DNA of 64,000 nucleotides from Balanoglossus misakiensis (GCA_040954595.2 CM082581.2:6006699-6070698), one strand, 5' to 3'. Shown: positions 12,147 through 25,569, counted from the first letter of the stretch. A program made the numbers and translations. The notes: generated by a model from the letters alone, not told the origin.

Positions 12147-14912
12147 CTATGAATTCAAAAGTCTGACTTTCTCCTTGTGCACTTTGAATTTTTTACATTT
12201 GTGAATTTTTCGATTGAAGGCTGCCAATACTTCCTCTTCTGTCTTCAATCTGCAGTCTCCGCCTTGTGCCCAATATTCACCAACAACCTGCGGGACAAGC
12301 GAAATAGAATGTGCTTAAAAACAGAAAGATAAGAACTTTTACTCATATTTTTTATCAAAGCAACTTCAGATTTTTCGCCTTTAAAAATTGACAGTAACAA
12401 TTTTGGATCATCTTGCAAAATTTTGAATGAGACGACAAAATTTGTTTCAAATTTGAAATTCAAAATGGCCGCCAATCTGGCTGTTGACTCTATGGTGACT
12501 ACCATGTTTTAATTATCACTGGTTCCACAAAAGCATCATACCTTCTTCCTGAGCTTTTTGACGGACATTTCATTTTCAGCAGCCGTCTTCAGGACAGACT
12601 TGATAGTCGACTCCCAACGAAACTTTTCTGGAAGATGGCAAAACAAACCCCAAAATCATGAGTATTTGATGGCGAAAGTTTTCCTCACAGTCCACAAGTT
12701 TCACGAACATGTTTATCCTTAACATATGTCTTCACGTTCATCTTGGATTTGCAGTATATTACATATAGTATATTATCTCAAAAATTGACAATATCAATGC
12801 ATACCATACTCAGTCAAGTCAACAGCAACTGTAAAGATTTAGTCAACCTGGCACATATCGCTTGAGTGATTCAAAGGATACAATGGCTTAAGTTCAGGTA
12901 ATCTACCCTACACCCAATATCAATGCATCAAAGTTGTATAAGCTTACTAATAATTGAGAACTATTCTTACTTCCTGGTGGGCCATCGGTTTCTTGACTGT
13001 CATCCTCCTCTTCTGGACTTTGATTCGTTTGCTGCGATTCTGCTTCTGTATTAAGTTTCAAAACAAACAAAGGAGACCTAAACATTCCAAGTTCAATATT
13101 GCAATAAACTAAATATAGTCACATACTCATCAGCAACACTTTTGTCCCCAGCCTCTGAATAATGGCGATTTTCCCAGAAAATTCTTTACTCACCACCATT
13201 TTCCTCTCTTTTCCTCTTTCCTGGTTTCAAACTTTCTTGCGTTTGATCCTCACCATTGGCCATCTCGGCATTTCTTTTCTTCTTTTTCTTTGGCTTGTCG
13301 GAGTTTGAAAGGTCCACTTTTCTCTCCGGCTCCGTCGTGTCTGTATCCTCAATTTTACGTTTCTTTTTCTTGCGTTTCGATTCTTTCTGACTGTGTCCAT
13401 TTTCAGCGGAGTTACCCTCAGCACTGTCAGGAGATTCTTGCTGCTTCTTTTTCTTCTTCTTCTTTGTCGATTTGTCCGAATCAACACTGTTGTCAGTCGC
13501 ATCAACTTGACTGTCTACACCCACGTTCTTTTTCTTGGCTTTTTTGTCCTTCTTACTCGTTTTGCTCTTCTTTTCTTCGCTGCTGTCGTCTCGCTTCCCG
13601 GGTAACTTCTCTTTTGTCGTAGTTTCTTCCGTTTTGTCTGTCTTGTTTTCTGTTTCCTTTGCAGCTGACGTTTTAGCGGCCTGTGCCTTCGAATCAGACT
13701 GATACACAAAAAGACAACAAGTATCAGAAAACAGGAGAAACTCGCTATTTTTATGACGAACGATTTAACCAAGAGACAAGTGTCTTGGTGAGTCTGCAGC
13801 GAAATCCAATCTGTGTTTGGAAAGATAACTGATTAATCCACAATGTTAGTTTATAACTCCTCAGCTATAAGCCATCGTTGATATGTTCCCATCCAGCATA
13901 TGCAAATGACCAACATTGCTTGACGTATACCCACGATCCTGTGTCTCCAAATCGACTGTAATGAAACAACGCCCTCACCTCGCTTTTATTGGCCGAGTCA
14001 AACACCTGCCAAAGCCCTTCACTGGTCTTCTCATCTGTTATCCGTAGACTGTTCTTCAGAAAATTCTGCGGAATGACATTCAGAAATCAATCAAGATTTT
14101 ACAGAAAAACAGAAAACACTTCAGTTGGACAAAAACCAACGCGCTTGTTTGCAAAGTTGCATTACCTTGAACTTGGCCTTCTTCCTCGGAATATTGAAAT
14201 ACTCAGTGACCTGTTTCACCAACCCGGCCATGCGCGGATTCAGATTGGCAGCCTCTGCAGCCAGTTTCACGTGTTGCAGCCAGTTGGCCTGTTTGACTTC
14301 CCCTTTGGACATCTTCCCAGCAGCCTCTCTGTTCTCCACGCTGCCATATTTTTCGTCTTCTGAAATGCATTTGATGTGGGTTTTGTACTCATCACCACTG
14401 CAAAGTAAAAGAAAATTCAGACTTATAATTGTAATAGATTATATATGAAACATCCATGTTGCACTGTTTAAAATATCAGTCGGAGGTATTTCACTGACAT
14501 GATCAATGATCAATCAAGCCAGGTCTATGTACAGAATGTAAGCTAGAAACTCCAAACACTGTTTTAATGTGAGTTGGGAACCTTCCACATGAAAAATGTA
14601 ACTGTCATTGGGTTAACATGTACTCTTGAACAATGTACATCTCAGCCTGTTGTTAGTGAAAATATTCATAGCCGCATTGTCAGTGTTGAATAGCTTTTCA
14701 ATCAGACAATCACATTCACAAAGCTTTTATTGTGACCAACTCCTGCAAATTCTGCAAACTAACTTGTGATGACTAATCATGACTTACTAGAATTCTTTGC
14801 CGCAATCCAGACAGGACAGTACCTCACACTGTCGACATTTGGTCAGGTAGTGTTTCTCCACCTGGTTTTTCTTCACCGACTGTCCACAAGCGTTACAGTT
14901 GAAAAACACCAT
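12147..14912 (-). CDS. LYAR: Cell growth-regulating nucleolar protein LYAR (416 aa)
   Basis: Coding exons 14912-14788, 14397-14166, 14065-13979, 13698-13194, 13045-12971, 12627-12542, 12287-12147; all GT-AG with consistent phases, 1251 nt. Diagnostic N-terminal C2HC fingers MVFFNCNACGQSVKKNQVEKH..C..LSCLDCGKEF.GDEYKTHIKCISEDEKYG, NIPRKKAKFKNF, Lys-rich middle, C-terminal KFRWESTIKSVL..KKLRKKVV. Confidence 0.96.
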
Positions 14913-15070
14913 GCTTGAATTTCTCCCCAATCCTTCACAGCAGTCATCGACAATTGACTGTTGAGAGAAGAATTGGGAAATAGAATGAGCTGAGACTGGC
15001 AATCAGCATATCAATCAGCATATCCCCCAACACGGTTCAGCTACGTTTACACGGCTAACATACTATGTAC

Positions 15071-15155
15071 CTAGCCCTACATACAGGTCTGTGTGTACAC
15101 AGACCTGTACGCAGGGCTAGCTACTAGTTATCTGTGGTACGCAGCTGTACCACAG
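15071..15155. repeat. Two adjacent short palindromes (hairpin/MITE-like)
   Basis: ctagccctacatacaggtctgtgt-gt-acacagacctgtacgcagggctag (15071-15120) and ctgtggtac-gcagct-gtaccacag (15132-15155). Confidence 0.7.
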
Positions 15156-16585
15156 CTAGCTACAAGTATGTACCATGCATAAGATTATGTTTGGCCGGAT
15201 CATGGAGGTACTTAGTAAATCCATGGCCGGGTCGACCTTGTACAGCTTCCCTAACTAAGTTCTGGAGAGGGAGGGGGGGGGGGGGTCTCGGCTTGTATTT
15301 ACGCGCTTGACTTAGCAGTAGAAAAAAGTAAAACACGTCGGGGCTCGTGAAGCTGAGAACACATCATTGGCAACACGTGGGCCACGGATAAAAATGCGTC
15401 CACACGTGTTTAGACTCAGCTATGCATCGCCGCCATCACACACCACGCGTAGGGCACAGGAATGTTCATAAGCAATTCTAAGTCAGTGGCACAATGTACT
15501 TTGACAGACTGATATTCCAGAAAATGTTGTAATCAACGTGGAAACCTTTACCTTTGCCCGGTACGAAGGAGACCTCCTTTGACCTTTAAACAGCTGATTA
15601 CTTCTCGCAGCTTTGTATTTTCTCGCGTGAATTGTAATGGCGAGATTGAGGGCGTACATTCAAATGTGCGCCTCTGTGGCTGCAGTGCTGAGAGAAACCG
15701 GAGACTGATAAACGAAAAATATCTCTGAGACGTGTGTCTTTCCGTAGAAAATTTGCAAATTTTTGAAGACATGCTACACGTTCAAGTTCATGAGGTTGTC
15801 GATCACCGATCCGCACAACCTTGCGAACAAGCGCTTTCTTGAAAACAGCTCATGAAATATTTGATGAGATAAAGCTCGGGCTTTTCATAAACCAATACCG
15901 CACATGTATATACTCAGACTGCAACTTCGAATACTTCCACACACACAAAAAACACGGACACAAAATGATTGCCCAAAGTGATAGTCGTCTTTTTATTGAT
16001 CACGTCTGACATAATACCAACAGAAATACAAATATACTTCTATGAAATACCACATACCTGTTCTTTACGTCTCATCGTCGCGATTCAAGGTTGGCGCCGA
16101 TTGAACAGCACTTTGATTTAGTACACGACAATTTACAAGTGAGGGTGCCGTCTGCCAAATTGATTGTGTTGAACTTTGCGGGTAAAAATGTACCACTCGA
16201 CCTTTGTCTCTGCTATGATGTTTTTTTTCAGTTGTCAATTTTGGGTATGGTAACGTTTGCCTCGGAAATGAATTATGGGTTTTAAATCTCGTTTTTTTTT
16301 TACTAAAGTGACAAAATACAGTGACTGCTGTGCTGGACTTCAGATAAATCTAACTTGCTCACTAAACTTTGTAATCGCGACCATCTCACGGACAACTCAG
16401 TTGTTGCTTACAGTTTGGTAGATATCGGCTACTGGTAAAAAAAATTAAACATGCAAAGCGGACAATCAAAAAAGGAAATCTATAAGACTACGCTACACTC
16501 CTAAAATACAAAAAATATATGGGAATACGAAAATAGCACCATTTGAAAACTTGATATCCAGTAACGACCCCCGAGCTACGTGCAT

Positions 16586-18791
16586 TCAGAGTTCTGCAAA
16601 TGAAAGGAAAAAACAAGTACTTTCGTTAGGGATGATGTATTTGCGGCATATTCAATAAACATTTATTATTATGTCGTCACAAAAAATAGTCACTCTTGGC
16701 AAAGGTGGTGTACGTTGGTTGGTGCAGTTTCTGCTTCTACTTTTACCAAGGGTGACATGCGCTCCCGAGCACTGCATCCTTGACTACATATCAAGTTATG
16801 CGTGAATGCTTAATTTTATCCTATATGTCACTGACCTTTAACCTCAGCATTCGACATCTTACAGATATTTACATCATCAAAATCATGTACAGAGAAAAAC
16901 GCAGCTGCGGCCCGAGGCAGCGGCGAACGGCGCTCCGAAAAGCGCCCTCAGTCGATGAATCTTTCAGAGATACATGTATGCTCATACTTGCTTATGGTGA
17001 AAAAACACAAAGTTACTAGGCTGTTGGCCAGCAGTTGGGGAGGGCGTTGTTGAAAACCAACCTTTGCATGCATAACCAGATTATTTTCCGGTGGTTAGAG
17101 AAAATAGTTCGACCAATTCGAACGATTGCGATATCAACAGTAGGAGCCTACGCTCATATCTTTTGTTAGCACACGAAAACTTTGCTGCTAATTTCGGAAT
17201 CATGAACCGATATACATGTACTAGCACCACACATGACCTTACTGCCTTAGTTCTGCGAGTCACCTGACAGCTGCGCGCACAACACATGGTAATGCCACTC
17301 ACCAGTTTTGTCTTTCACGTTGGGCTTGACTGTCAGTTTGATGACCTCGCTTGCTTCGCCGTGTTTATTTTTGCCTGTACAGGTATAGTCTCCCGAATCA
17401 ACTGGTCGTAGACTGAGAAACTAGGGAAAGAGAAGAAACAAAGAAGATATGACTTTAGCAATCAGCTGACCAAGTTATTTAGCTCCACCCAGTCAGATGC
17501 AAATGTAAATTCCTTGTTCCGACGTGGATCACACTTATTGGTCAGCGGTACATTCATAATTGCGGTCCAGCTTCTTTTGGATCAAACGTTATAAGCAAGT
17601 GGACCAAAACCACGGCCACTCCAAAACTTTCGTTTCGTCCCGGCTAAGCTCATTTCAGGACATTAATACCACGAAGAGAATTACACACTTACCACCATGT
17701 ACCCGTTCATTTCGTTCGGCAATCTGCCTCTCACCATCTGTATCTGGACGTTGTCGTTCTCCCCGGGCAACTCCTCGCCTTTGTGAAACCACGTGATTTT
17801 AGGGATTGGCACCCCCTGCGCCTTGCAGCTGAGATACAGGTTCGCCGCTCCAGAAAGTTCCTCCACCGTCGTGTTGGTATTCGTCACCGTGATGGTCGGG
17901 GCTGTTGGAGAACAATGAACCCGACATTCTTTTTTAACATAATGATGAAATCTTATTTTCTTTTCTTTTCTTTTTTGGATAATTTGCTAATATTGACTGC
18001 AGTAACCTGGAAAGACATTTATCGTTGTTGTGATAGCAAACAAATCGCCGAATATGTAGATGGCCTTGGTCAAATCTGAAGTGGGTAAAATTCAAGTTCA
18101 CCCAATTGGCCAAAGCTGAATTGTTGAAGCCGTGGGAATACCGACCGCGGTCAAGAGCATGAAAGAAACGTCTAGAATCTTGAAGTGTAATGTAATGCGA
18201 GTATACTGTGTGTGACGTTGCACTTCCGGTCTGGCAGTCGGGATCGAACAATAGAGTACATGTATTGTTAAATTGGACTTGCAAACAAAAATATTTTGGG
18301 GAAAAGAAGTAAAACAAATATATTTCGATAAAATTAAAACTAAGCTTTGCTGACATTATCAAACTGAACAAACCTCTCTGGCAGGCACCCTGGTTTTTGA
18401 CTTCAATATCGCCGGGTTTTCCCTGCGCCTGCAATTTCTCGTTGTGTAAGCGGAGATCGCAGACGCTCAAGTAGTCTCTGTCGTCCGAGCCGCAGACGTA
18501 GCCCGGTTGCTCGGGACAAACGCAGGTACCCTCCTGGTTGTCACTCCCCGGCTTTCCTTCTTCGCAGACGAGCCCGTCGCGACACTTGCCGATCTCAAAC
18601 TTGCCCCCGCCGCACGCCTCTCCCTCGATCTTCTCGCAGACGTGACAACAATCGCAGTGGCCCGTGGTGTAGGATTTGCAGTCGCTCGGCGGTTCTTCGC
18701 AGTCGTTCCATTCGCAGGGTGGACAGTCTTCGGACTTGTCGGCTCCCGAAAAAGCCAGAATAGCGAGCAGAAACACCCCAAAGACTCTCAT
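16586..18791 (-). CDS. IGFBP7/KAZALD1-like (IGFBP-related) protein, paralog 1: signal peptide-IB-Kazal-Ig, ends KTEL (250 aa)
   Basis: Exons 18791-18374, 17901-17693, 17420-17303, 16593-16586. Motifs CPPC..HCDCCHVC..GEACGG..GKCRDGLVC (IB), VCGSDDRDYLSVCDL (Kazal), LSCKAQGVPIPKITW..DSGDYTC (Ig). AATAAA on the minus strand at about 15992-15997. Confidence 0.92.
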
Positions 18792-19923
18792 TTTTTTGCA
18801 CGCGTTGATTGGAGATTCAACAACGACAGCTGGCCACAAGGCACACGTCACAGTGGTTCACCGGCAACCTTAGCTTCTCTCAGACAGACGCTTTCTCGAA
18901 GACCAGTAGTACTTTCCAGAACGGCTTTTAAACCCATTCTTGGCCATACCCCAACAAGCTTTTGTTGCACGGCACTTATGTCGGGGAATGAAATCACTAC
19001 CGACACGACCTCGCAACAAAGAACTGAAAGAAAATGTCACTTCCTTGAAAATAAATGCTGGAAGTGAAAACTTAGGAATAACAAAAACGGGATCCGATGT
19101 CACTTCACTGACCGTGTTTTGGGCCACAAACGGATATACCATAGACAATAGAATTTAGTCGTACGTCGTGGTACTATTCGTCGCCATGAAAATAAAAGAT
19201 ATCTAGTGAAAATAGCGAAAACAAAGCAGAAATGCAAAAATCACAATTAACAATTACAACGACTCAAAAATACTTGAAGGCCAGAGCATCGAGGTGCGTA
19301 ATAACCGTCGACGCGGTTTAATATTTTTTTCTCTCCGAAAGTCTGCGACTTGCGACTCCGTACGCCCTGCACCCAGGGACCAGAATTCTCTGATGACCTA
19401 AAAGGCTTTGTACCTAGAGATTTGCAATTTGCCGCACATTACGTAATGTAGCTGAGAAATCTAGGTGGTGATAATTTGCCCAAGTGGCCATTCAATCTTT
19501 TGTCTTTGTTCAAGTGATTGAATCAAAAGGTGGTGGTTTGCAATGCAAAACAAGAATTACGTGAATCTTTGATAAGGATAATGGTTTGGTTTTGGAAAAC
19601 TCGGTGACTAGCTTCTGTCTTATGCTGTCGGCATTACAACCTTCTGCAGTGGTCAACACTGCTATGTTGGTACACAGACATTTGTCTGTGGTTGGTATCA
19701 ATGAGGTAATTGTACGGAGGATTTCTGACTGTCTATTGTATTTATGCTCGTTGTTGTTCCGTTCAACACACAGTTTTACTCGTGTGGCTTTATTAAGGAC
19801 CTTACGCGTCAGGGAAGCCATATACACACAGACAGTATTTAGTTTAGTTTACTACGCTGAGACACGGTCATTGAACGCTGAACGGTCAGTCGCTGGCGGT
19901 CGATCGAAGCTAGGTCTAAGAAA

Positions 19924-21738
19924 ATGAAGGTCCTCCTGGTGGCAATTCTGGCAACGGTGTGCCTGGCCGCGCCCAAGGACGCTTCGGAACCGTGCCCACC
20001 GTGTAAGCACGACGAGTGCAAGACCCGCAACAACTGCAGAGCCTACACCCGGGACGACTGCGGCTGCTGTTTCCTGTGCGAACGGAGCGAGGAGGAGGCA
20101 TGCGGCGGCGAGGACTGGGACACCGGCAAATGCCGAGAGGGGCTCGAGTGCTACATCAACCCCGAGAAGGAGGACCAGACGGAGGGCGTCTGCGTGTGCC
20201 AGGAGGACTCGGAAAACGTCTGCGGCTCCGACGATGTCGACTATCTGAGTATATGTCATCTGCGTTTGGCAAATAAGAAGTTGGAAAAGGGGACGATTGA
20301 AGTCAAACACAAGAGCTTCTGCAAAAGAGGTTAGTTCAGTATTGGAAATTGCAAACGTAAAAGTGCTAACCACCTCTAATAATCCAAGCTCGACCCCCCC
20401 CCCCCTAACGACCTTGGAGTGGTGGTTATTCGGAGAATACTTTACTATTTATCGCGCAATAGCAACTAAGGTGCACACTTTTAGTGTGTAGGTAAACAGT
20501 AGTTGTATTTATAATGGCTGTGTAGTTTCTGGAACTTTACTGGCGGAAGTGCCACGTGTTACTCAAAGCCTGGAAGTGCGTCTCCTTGCATTCCAATACC
20601 AACTTCCGGACGCTCATATGCTAATGCCCCAATTAACCCTCGACGCATTCTTCTCATTGCTCCGCTCTCCACCGGGTCTCCCCGCGAACGCACAGTGCTG
20701 CTTTCCCCAATCTGATTAAAATCAGATATAGGGAACGGCGACGTGTTACAGCATAAAAAACGCGCCAAGGTAAATTGACCAGCACTGATAGATGATCATG
20801 TTTGGAAGGGGTCGTATGTCAAATGACCTTCATGAAAGCAATGGCAGTTGTCAGACTGAACAGTTCTTTGTTTCCTATCGTGTGGATCCGTGATGGACTG
20901 TGATGTAAAATCGTTTGTGTTTGTGTCCGTCTGATCAACAGCGCCAACTATCAGTACTCCCAACACCACACTCGAGTTCCTGGCTGGATCGGAGAGTTAT
21001 CTCTTCTGCAAGGCCAAGGGAGTTCCAACACCGAAGATCGCGTGGTTCCTCAACGACGAAGAGCTGCCGGGGGACAACGACAACGTGCAGCTGCAACTGA
21101 CCAAAGGCGCCGAACGCCACGAGATGGTTGCATACATGCTTGTGAGTAGAGATGTGGGGAGGGGGGATTGAAAGGGAGGGAGGGTGGTGCGAGAGAGAGA
21201 GAGAAAGAGCAACAAGGGAGAGAGACAAGGGAACTAAGGCGGAGAAAGGGATTTGGTACCAGAGGGGCGTTTTTAATATTTGAGAAAGGGGAAGATGGAG
21301 AGAGGGGGGGGGGGAGAGTTGGAGATTGAATGGCTGATGGACAAAGAGGGAGGGAGAGAGACATATAGACAAAGACAGGCACGGAAGATGGACGAGTATA
21401 AAGGGAACACCTATGAATGGGTCAGTCTGTTAACATTCCTTATATCTTCCTTTATCTCTGTAGTTTGACGAATTGCGTCCCATCGACTCTGGAAAATACG
21501 TTTGCAAGGCGACAAATTCACAGGGAGAAGCTGCAGAGGCCATCAAGCTTACAGTGGCTCCAAACTATAAAACAGGTATGCGCCAGTTATACACATTTAG
21601 TTATGTATAGTCATGTGTATTGCATGCAAGTTTCAGCGGCCAAGCTGTGAGCTACTACTTATATGTACATTTGAATTTTCTATCACTGGACCTCTATTGA
21701 CATTCCACATTTTTTCTTTCTTTTTTACAGAACTTTAA
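19924..21738 (+). CDS. IGFBP7/KAZALD1-like (IGFBP-related) protein, paralog 2: signal peptide-IB-Kazal-Ig, ends KTEL (241 aa)
   Basis: Exons 19924-20329, 20942-21141, 21464-21575, 21731-21738; same intron positions and phases as paralog 1. Motifs DCGCCFLC, VCGSDDVDYLSICHL, FCKAKGVPTPKIAW, DSGKYVC. AATAAA at 22039-22044. Confidence 0.92.
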
Positions 21739-22220
21739 GAGTGTATCCGAAGTCGATTTCGCTTTTCAAGATGGTGCTACTTTTTAGTGTGGAGTTTTTA
21801 TACACACATTTTACAGCCTTTTCCTTTTTTATTATAGTTCTTTTACATATCACGACATTGAGTTGTTGTTTCCTTGGCCATCGATAAATGCATCTACTGC
21901 TGTCCGGCGCGAACTCGATTATTTGGATTTATTCGTTTTCTTTAAACCTAGCTGTCAGAAAACGTAGATGGTTCCACCATGGGAAAGGCGGCAATTTCTT
22001 CACCCATTTGTCGACACATGAAGAAAATATTGCGTAACAATAAAACGTCTGCCAAGAGATACCTCTCTTGTTTTATTAATTTCATTAATTATGATTTTCT
22101 GTTCAGTACAGTACAGAACAGAACAGTTTGGGTATGTCATGAACTTTAAAATGAATGAGTGATACAAGCACGTTTATTTTCATGCATCATAACATTTCCG
22201 TCAATGATAGCTGACCGAAA

Positions 22221-24049
22221 TTAGAGAAGGAAGTAATCGCAGTAGTGGTATGATCCACCAAATTGAGGTTCCGCGAAACAAGTTCCAGCAGGTATATGTA
22301 TAGGTATGGTGGCTTGTTTGAATAGAACCCAGGAAAAAGGACCAGAGAATGCTGGGTGACATTCTGATTCCTAAGAATAAAATGAAACAATATATAACTT
22401 TTACACTCTACACACACACAATATAAAACAGACCATATAATTGGAGATTGTTGACTACGTGAATAACAGGACGAGATGTTTATATTGGGATTTTGATATA
22501 AAGGTAGCACACGTCATAAAGTGGGAGGCACAGCTCTGCTCGATCGATCAACTGTCAGAACATTATTGGAACGGGGTACGCAAGACGATGCCAAGTGTTG
22601 TCATGAATAAGTGTACATACCCGACAGTCCCAAACACCGATATCGTTGGCATATTGTGTCACCTCGCAGTACCCACACTCGGAAATCAACTCGCTTCCAT
22701 CTCCAGGGCCCTGTATTGATAAAAATGTCTCAGCCCTACAAGAATAGTGTTAAGTTATACAAACCTAAATCTCATATGGTCGACACAATTTCAAGATGGC
22801 CGATTTTGGCCACGTTAACCAGTAAGAAATGGAAGTTCACAAGCTAAAGTGATACTGGGTCATTCAGAAACTTTGTATATCACTCAGAAAAAAGAACCGA
22901 ATATGAAAAAAGTTGGATGAGTTTAATATGCTAACTACAAAGACAGAAAATTTTGACCAAAGAAGTGATGAAATACAGTTGACATATAATTTCTTCAAAC
23001 TCTTACAAACGTGAGTTGTTGACCTTTGACTCAGAATGTGATTATTATAATGTGATTTGATCCCCTAGCACGAAGTAAAAACTTAGCCAGAATTCTGTAT
23101 GGATGAAGTCCAGATTCCGAGCATAAACGATCATTAAACATTTAACATTGCATGAAACCGTCGAGACTTTTTCAGGGGCCTATTTCTCATCAAAGACAAC
23201 TCCCATAAACCATATATATTCTCACTCAGCCATTCACTTACCAGACTGACATCTTCAAAGACGTGTTGGTATAATAGTTCAACTATGAAAAAGCTAGTGT
23301 TACTCTTGAAATCCACGGCATACGCAGTCGAACTTCGGTATCTTGTCCGATTTACAAGTCCGTCCTTAATGTCCTTCACTTTGGCCAACAACTCCGACGG
23401 ACACTGGTTTGTTATTGATATATCGCAAGCGTAGTAAAGAACTCCGTCATCATCATTGAGGTCAAGCTTGCATGTATCACAGGCGGGATTATCAGCGGTG
23501 CTATTTTCTCTTTTCAGAACGGAGCGACTTGGGGAACATGACAGTAACACCGTTACTGCTGCGACAAGAACCCATCGGAGTGTCTAAGATAGAAAACAGT
23601 ACGTGCTCACATTTCAGTGTCTCAGTGTACAAATAATGAGACGGCGATTAAGAAAGTAATTAAGAAATACTTTTTAGTGACCCCTTTATCGTCTCTCCCT
23701 TATTATTTCAAAAGGTGCAGTGTGCGCATTCATTTGCTGTGCCATCGTTCCATATTCAAACTATTGGCATTGTATTCTTCGAGATACAAATCTGAGTTTT
23801 TATTCTTTTTTAGCAACTCCCCGTCTTACATCTCTGCTGATCACGCCATGATTCAAAATTACTATCTATGTTGATTATGTCGCATACTCTAACATACCCA
23901 CCCAAACGACGACAAAAGTGTCACAATGTCAACACTATCATCCAAGTTCAAACATTAAACATGTTCGGGGCCCATTTTCACCATATGTTAACAATTCCAA
24001 TACAAAATCTATACGTAAATATGATTTTGACAAAATGTACACTTACCAT
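22221..24049 (-). CDS. Orphan secreted cysteine-rich protein (194 aa, 4 exons)
   Basis: Exons 24049-24047 (ATG|gtaagt), 23583-23242, 22710-22621, 22370-22221; all phase 0 with canonical GT-AG. Spliced product: M-TLRWVLVAAVTVLLSCSPSRSVLKRENST...ACDTC...GPGDGSELISECGYCEV...DCR-ESECHPAF...YHYCDYFLL*. TATAAAA upstream (about 24124-24143) and AATAAA downstream (22173-22178). Confidence 0.75.
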
Positions 24050-24123
24050 TGTGCTTATAACTGAAACAACCGCACACACCGTCTGCCAGCGTTGCATTGG
24101 CTTTTTTTGCAAAAAGTGCTTTC

Positions 24124-24144
24124 TTTTATAACTTTGTTTTTATA
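24124..24144 (-). promoter_or_regulatory. Putative TATA box(es) of the orphan secreted gene
   Basis: Two TATAAAA motifs on the minus strand 75-95 nt upstream of the ATG. Confidence 0.45.
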
Positions 24145-25569
24145 AAGCATATTATAATTAGATCGATATAATTAGATCAACAAATGTATTTTTGTGCCAA
24201 GAGATTTTTACCCTGGTATACTGACACGAGCACCTTTGGGGTCAGTACCTGACGTATGTGGGACAGAGTCACCGGCAATAGAGCACCTAGAAAAAAATTC
24301 TAAATAATGTGCTAGTGCGCTTCTAAACACAGGCAATAAAGGAACAATTTCACCGGACAAAAAATCTAATGACTATTACACGCAGTCTTTCTTGCAATAG
24401 TGTCATGTAATCTCACGCGAGCGGATTCCCCTTTTTATGTCGACGTCGATTTTATTTTCACCCTTCTTTATCGCTTTATTCATCAGGTCAATCAACTTGA
24501 CAAAAAAAACGCGCATCGATGATATGGACGATTAGATACCGTAGAAGAACTGATAATTGAATAAAAAGAACTATGAATTTTAGATCATGTAATATAAGCC
24601 GTTAATAGCGTCGACGCGGATTTGCGAAAATCCGTACTTGTTTCCTTCTCGATACTTGCAGCATTATCATTTTGCTACACAAAGGGCAAGGATGCCTATT
24701 CAAATGAAATCCAGACAAAACATCATTAAAACACAGTGATCCTACGTTTGCCATTTGACCGCATTTCAATTTGAAGTAACACGATGGAAAAACTACAGTA
24801 CGTGATGCAAAATATCGTTATTGAAAAATGGAGCGGGCAATGACCAAGACGTGACCTGAGTCAGTGCAACGTCGCCCGTGTAATTTTCCCACTTAACAGC
24901 GCCACCATGCGATCACGGCATACATGTAGCTGACGTGAACTTTATTATTATGACACTCATACAAATCATAACAAAAAAAATCTTTCATAATTTGCTCGGG
25001 TGTCATGAACACCCACAGATAAACAAACAAACAAGCAAACGAAGAATGGAAAGCAGTAACCCCACGTACGTACATGTAACCGTTTTCCTCCATGCAGCTG
25101 GAATGTTCTCTGAACAACTAGCGGACCGCCAGTGCAAACACGTACATGTGATATACAGCGTCACGTAGACACAAACCACCCATTTCCTGATGAAACCCGT
25201 AATGGTAGGCCCCACTGTCAAGATCCGCACTTCACCCGAGAAAAAACGACGCCACCTTTGTAATTTGCAACACTTGTCTCTCCAAATTCATGAATCATTA
25301 ACGGCAAATCTGGTTTTAGAGTCGACGGCAGTGTAATTATGCAGTTCTTCGACGGATGTGTGAAAATGTCACCATCATTACACTTGAATTAAAGGGCTTG
25401 TTAACAGTTATTGCAAAAAGGCTACTAAAAAAAGAAACGGGGAAAGTTTCAAAGATTTCAATTTGAGTGTGAATGGATTATGAGAGTAACACAAATTACT
25501 ATGACAAGATCTAAACAAGCACTTGTAAAAAATGTAGTAAAATAATCAAGAATAATTAAAAAACAATTA

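Noticed and set aside
17934-18373. C-terminal half of the 305-aa ORF
   Set aside because: Read-through into intron 1 past the donor at 18373; the paralog has a donor at the same position.
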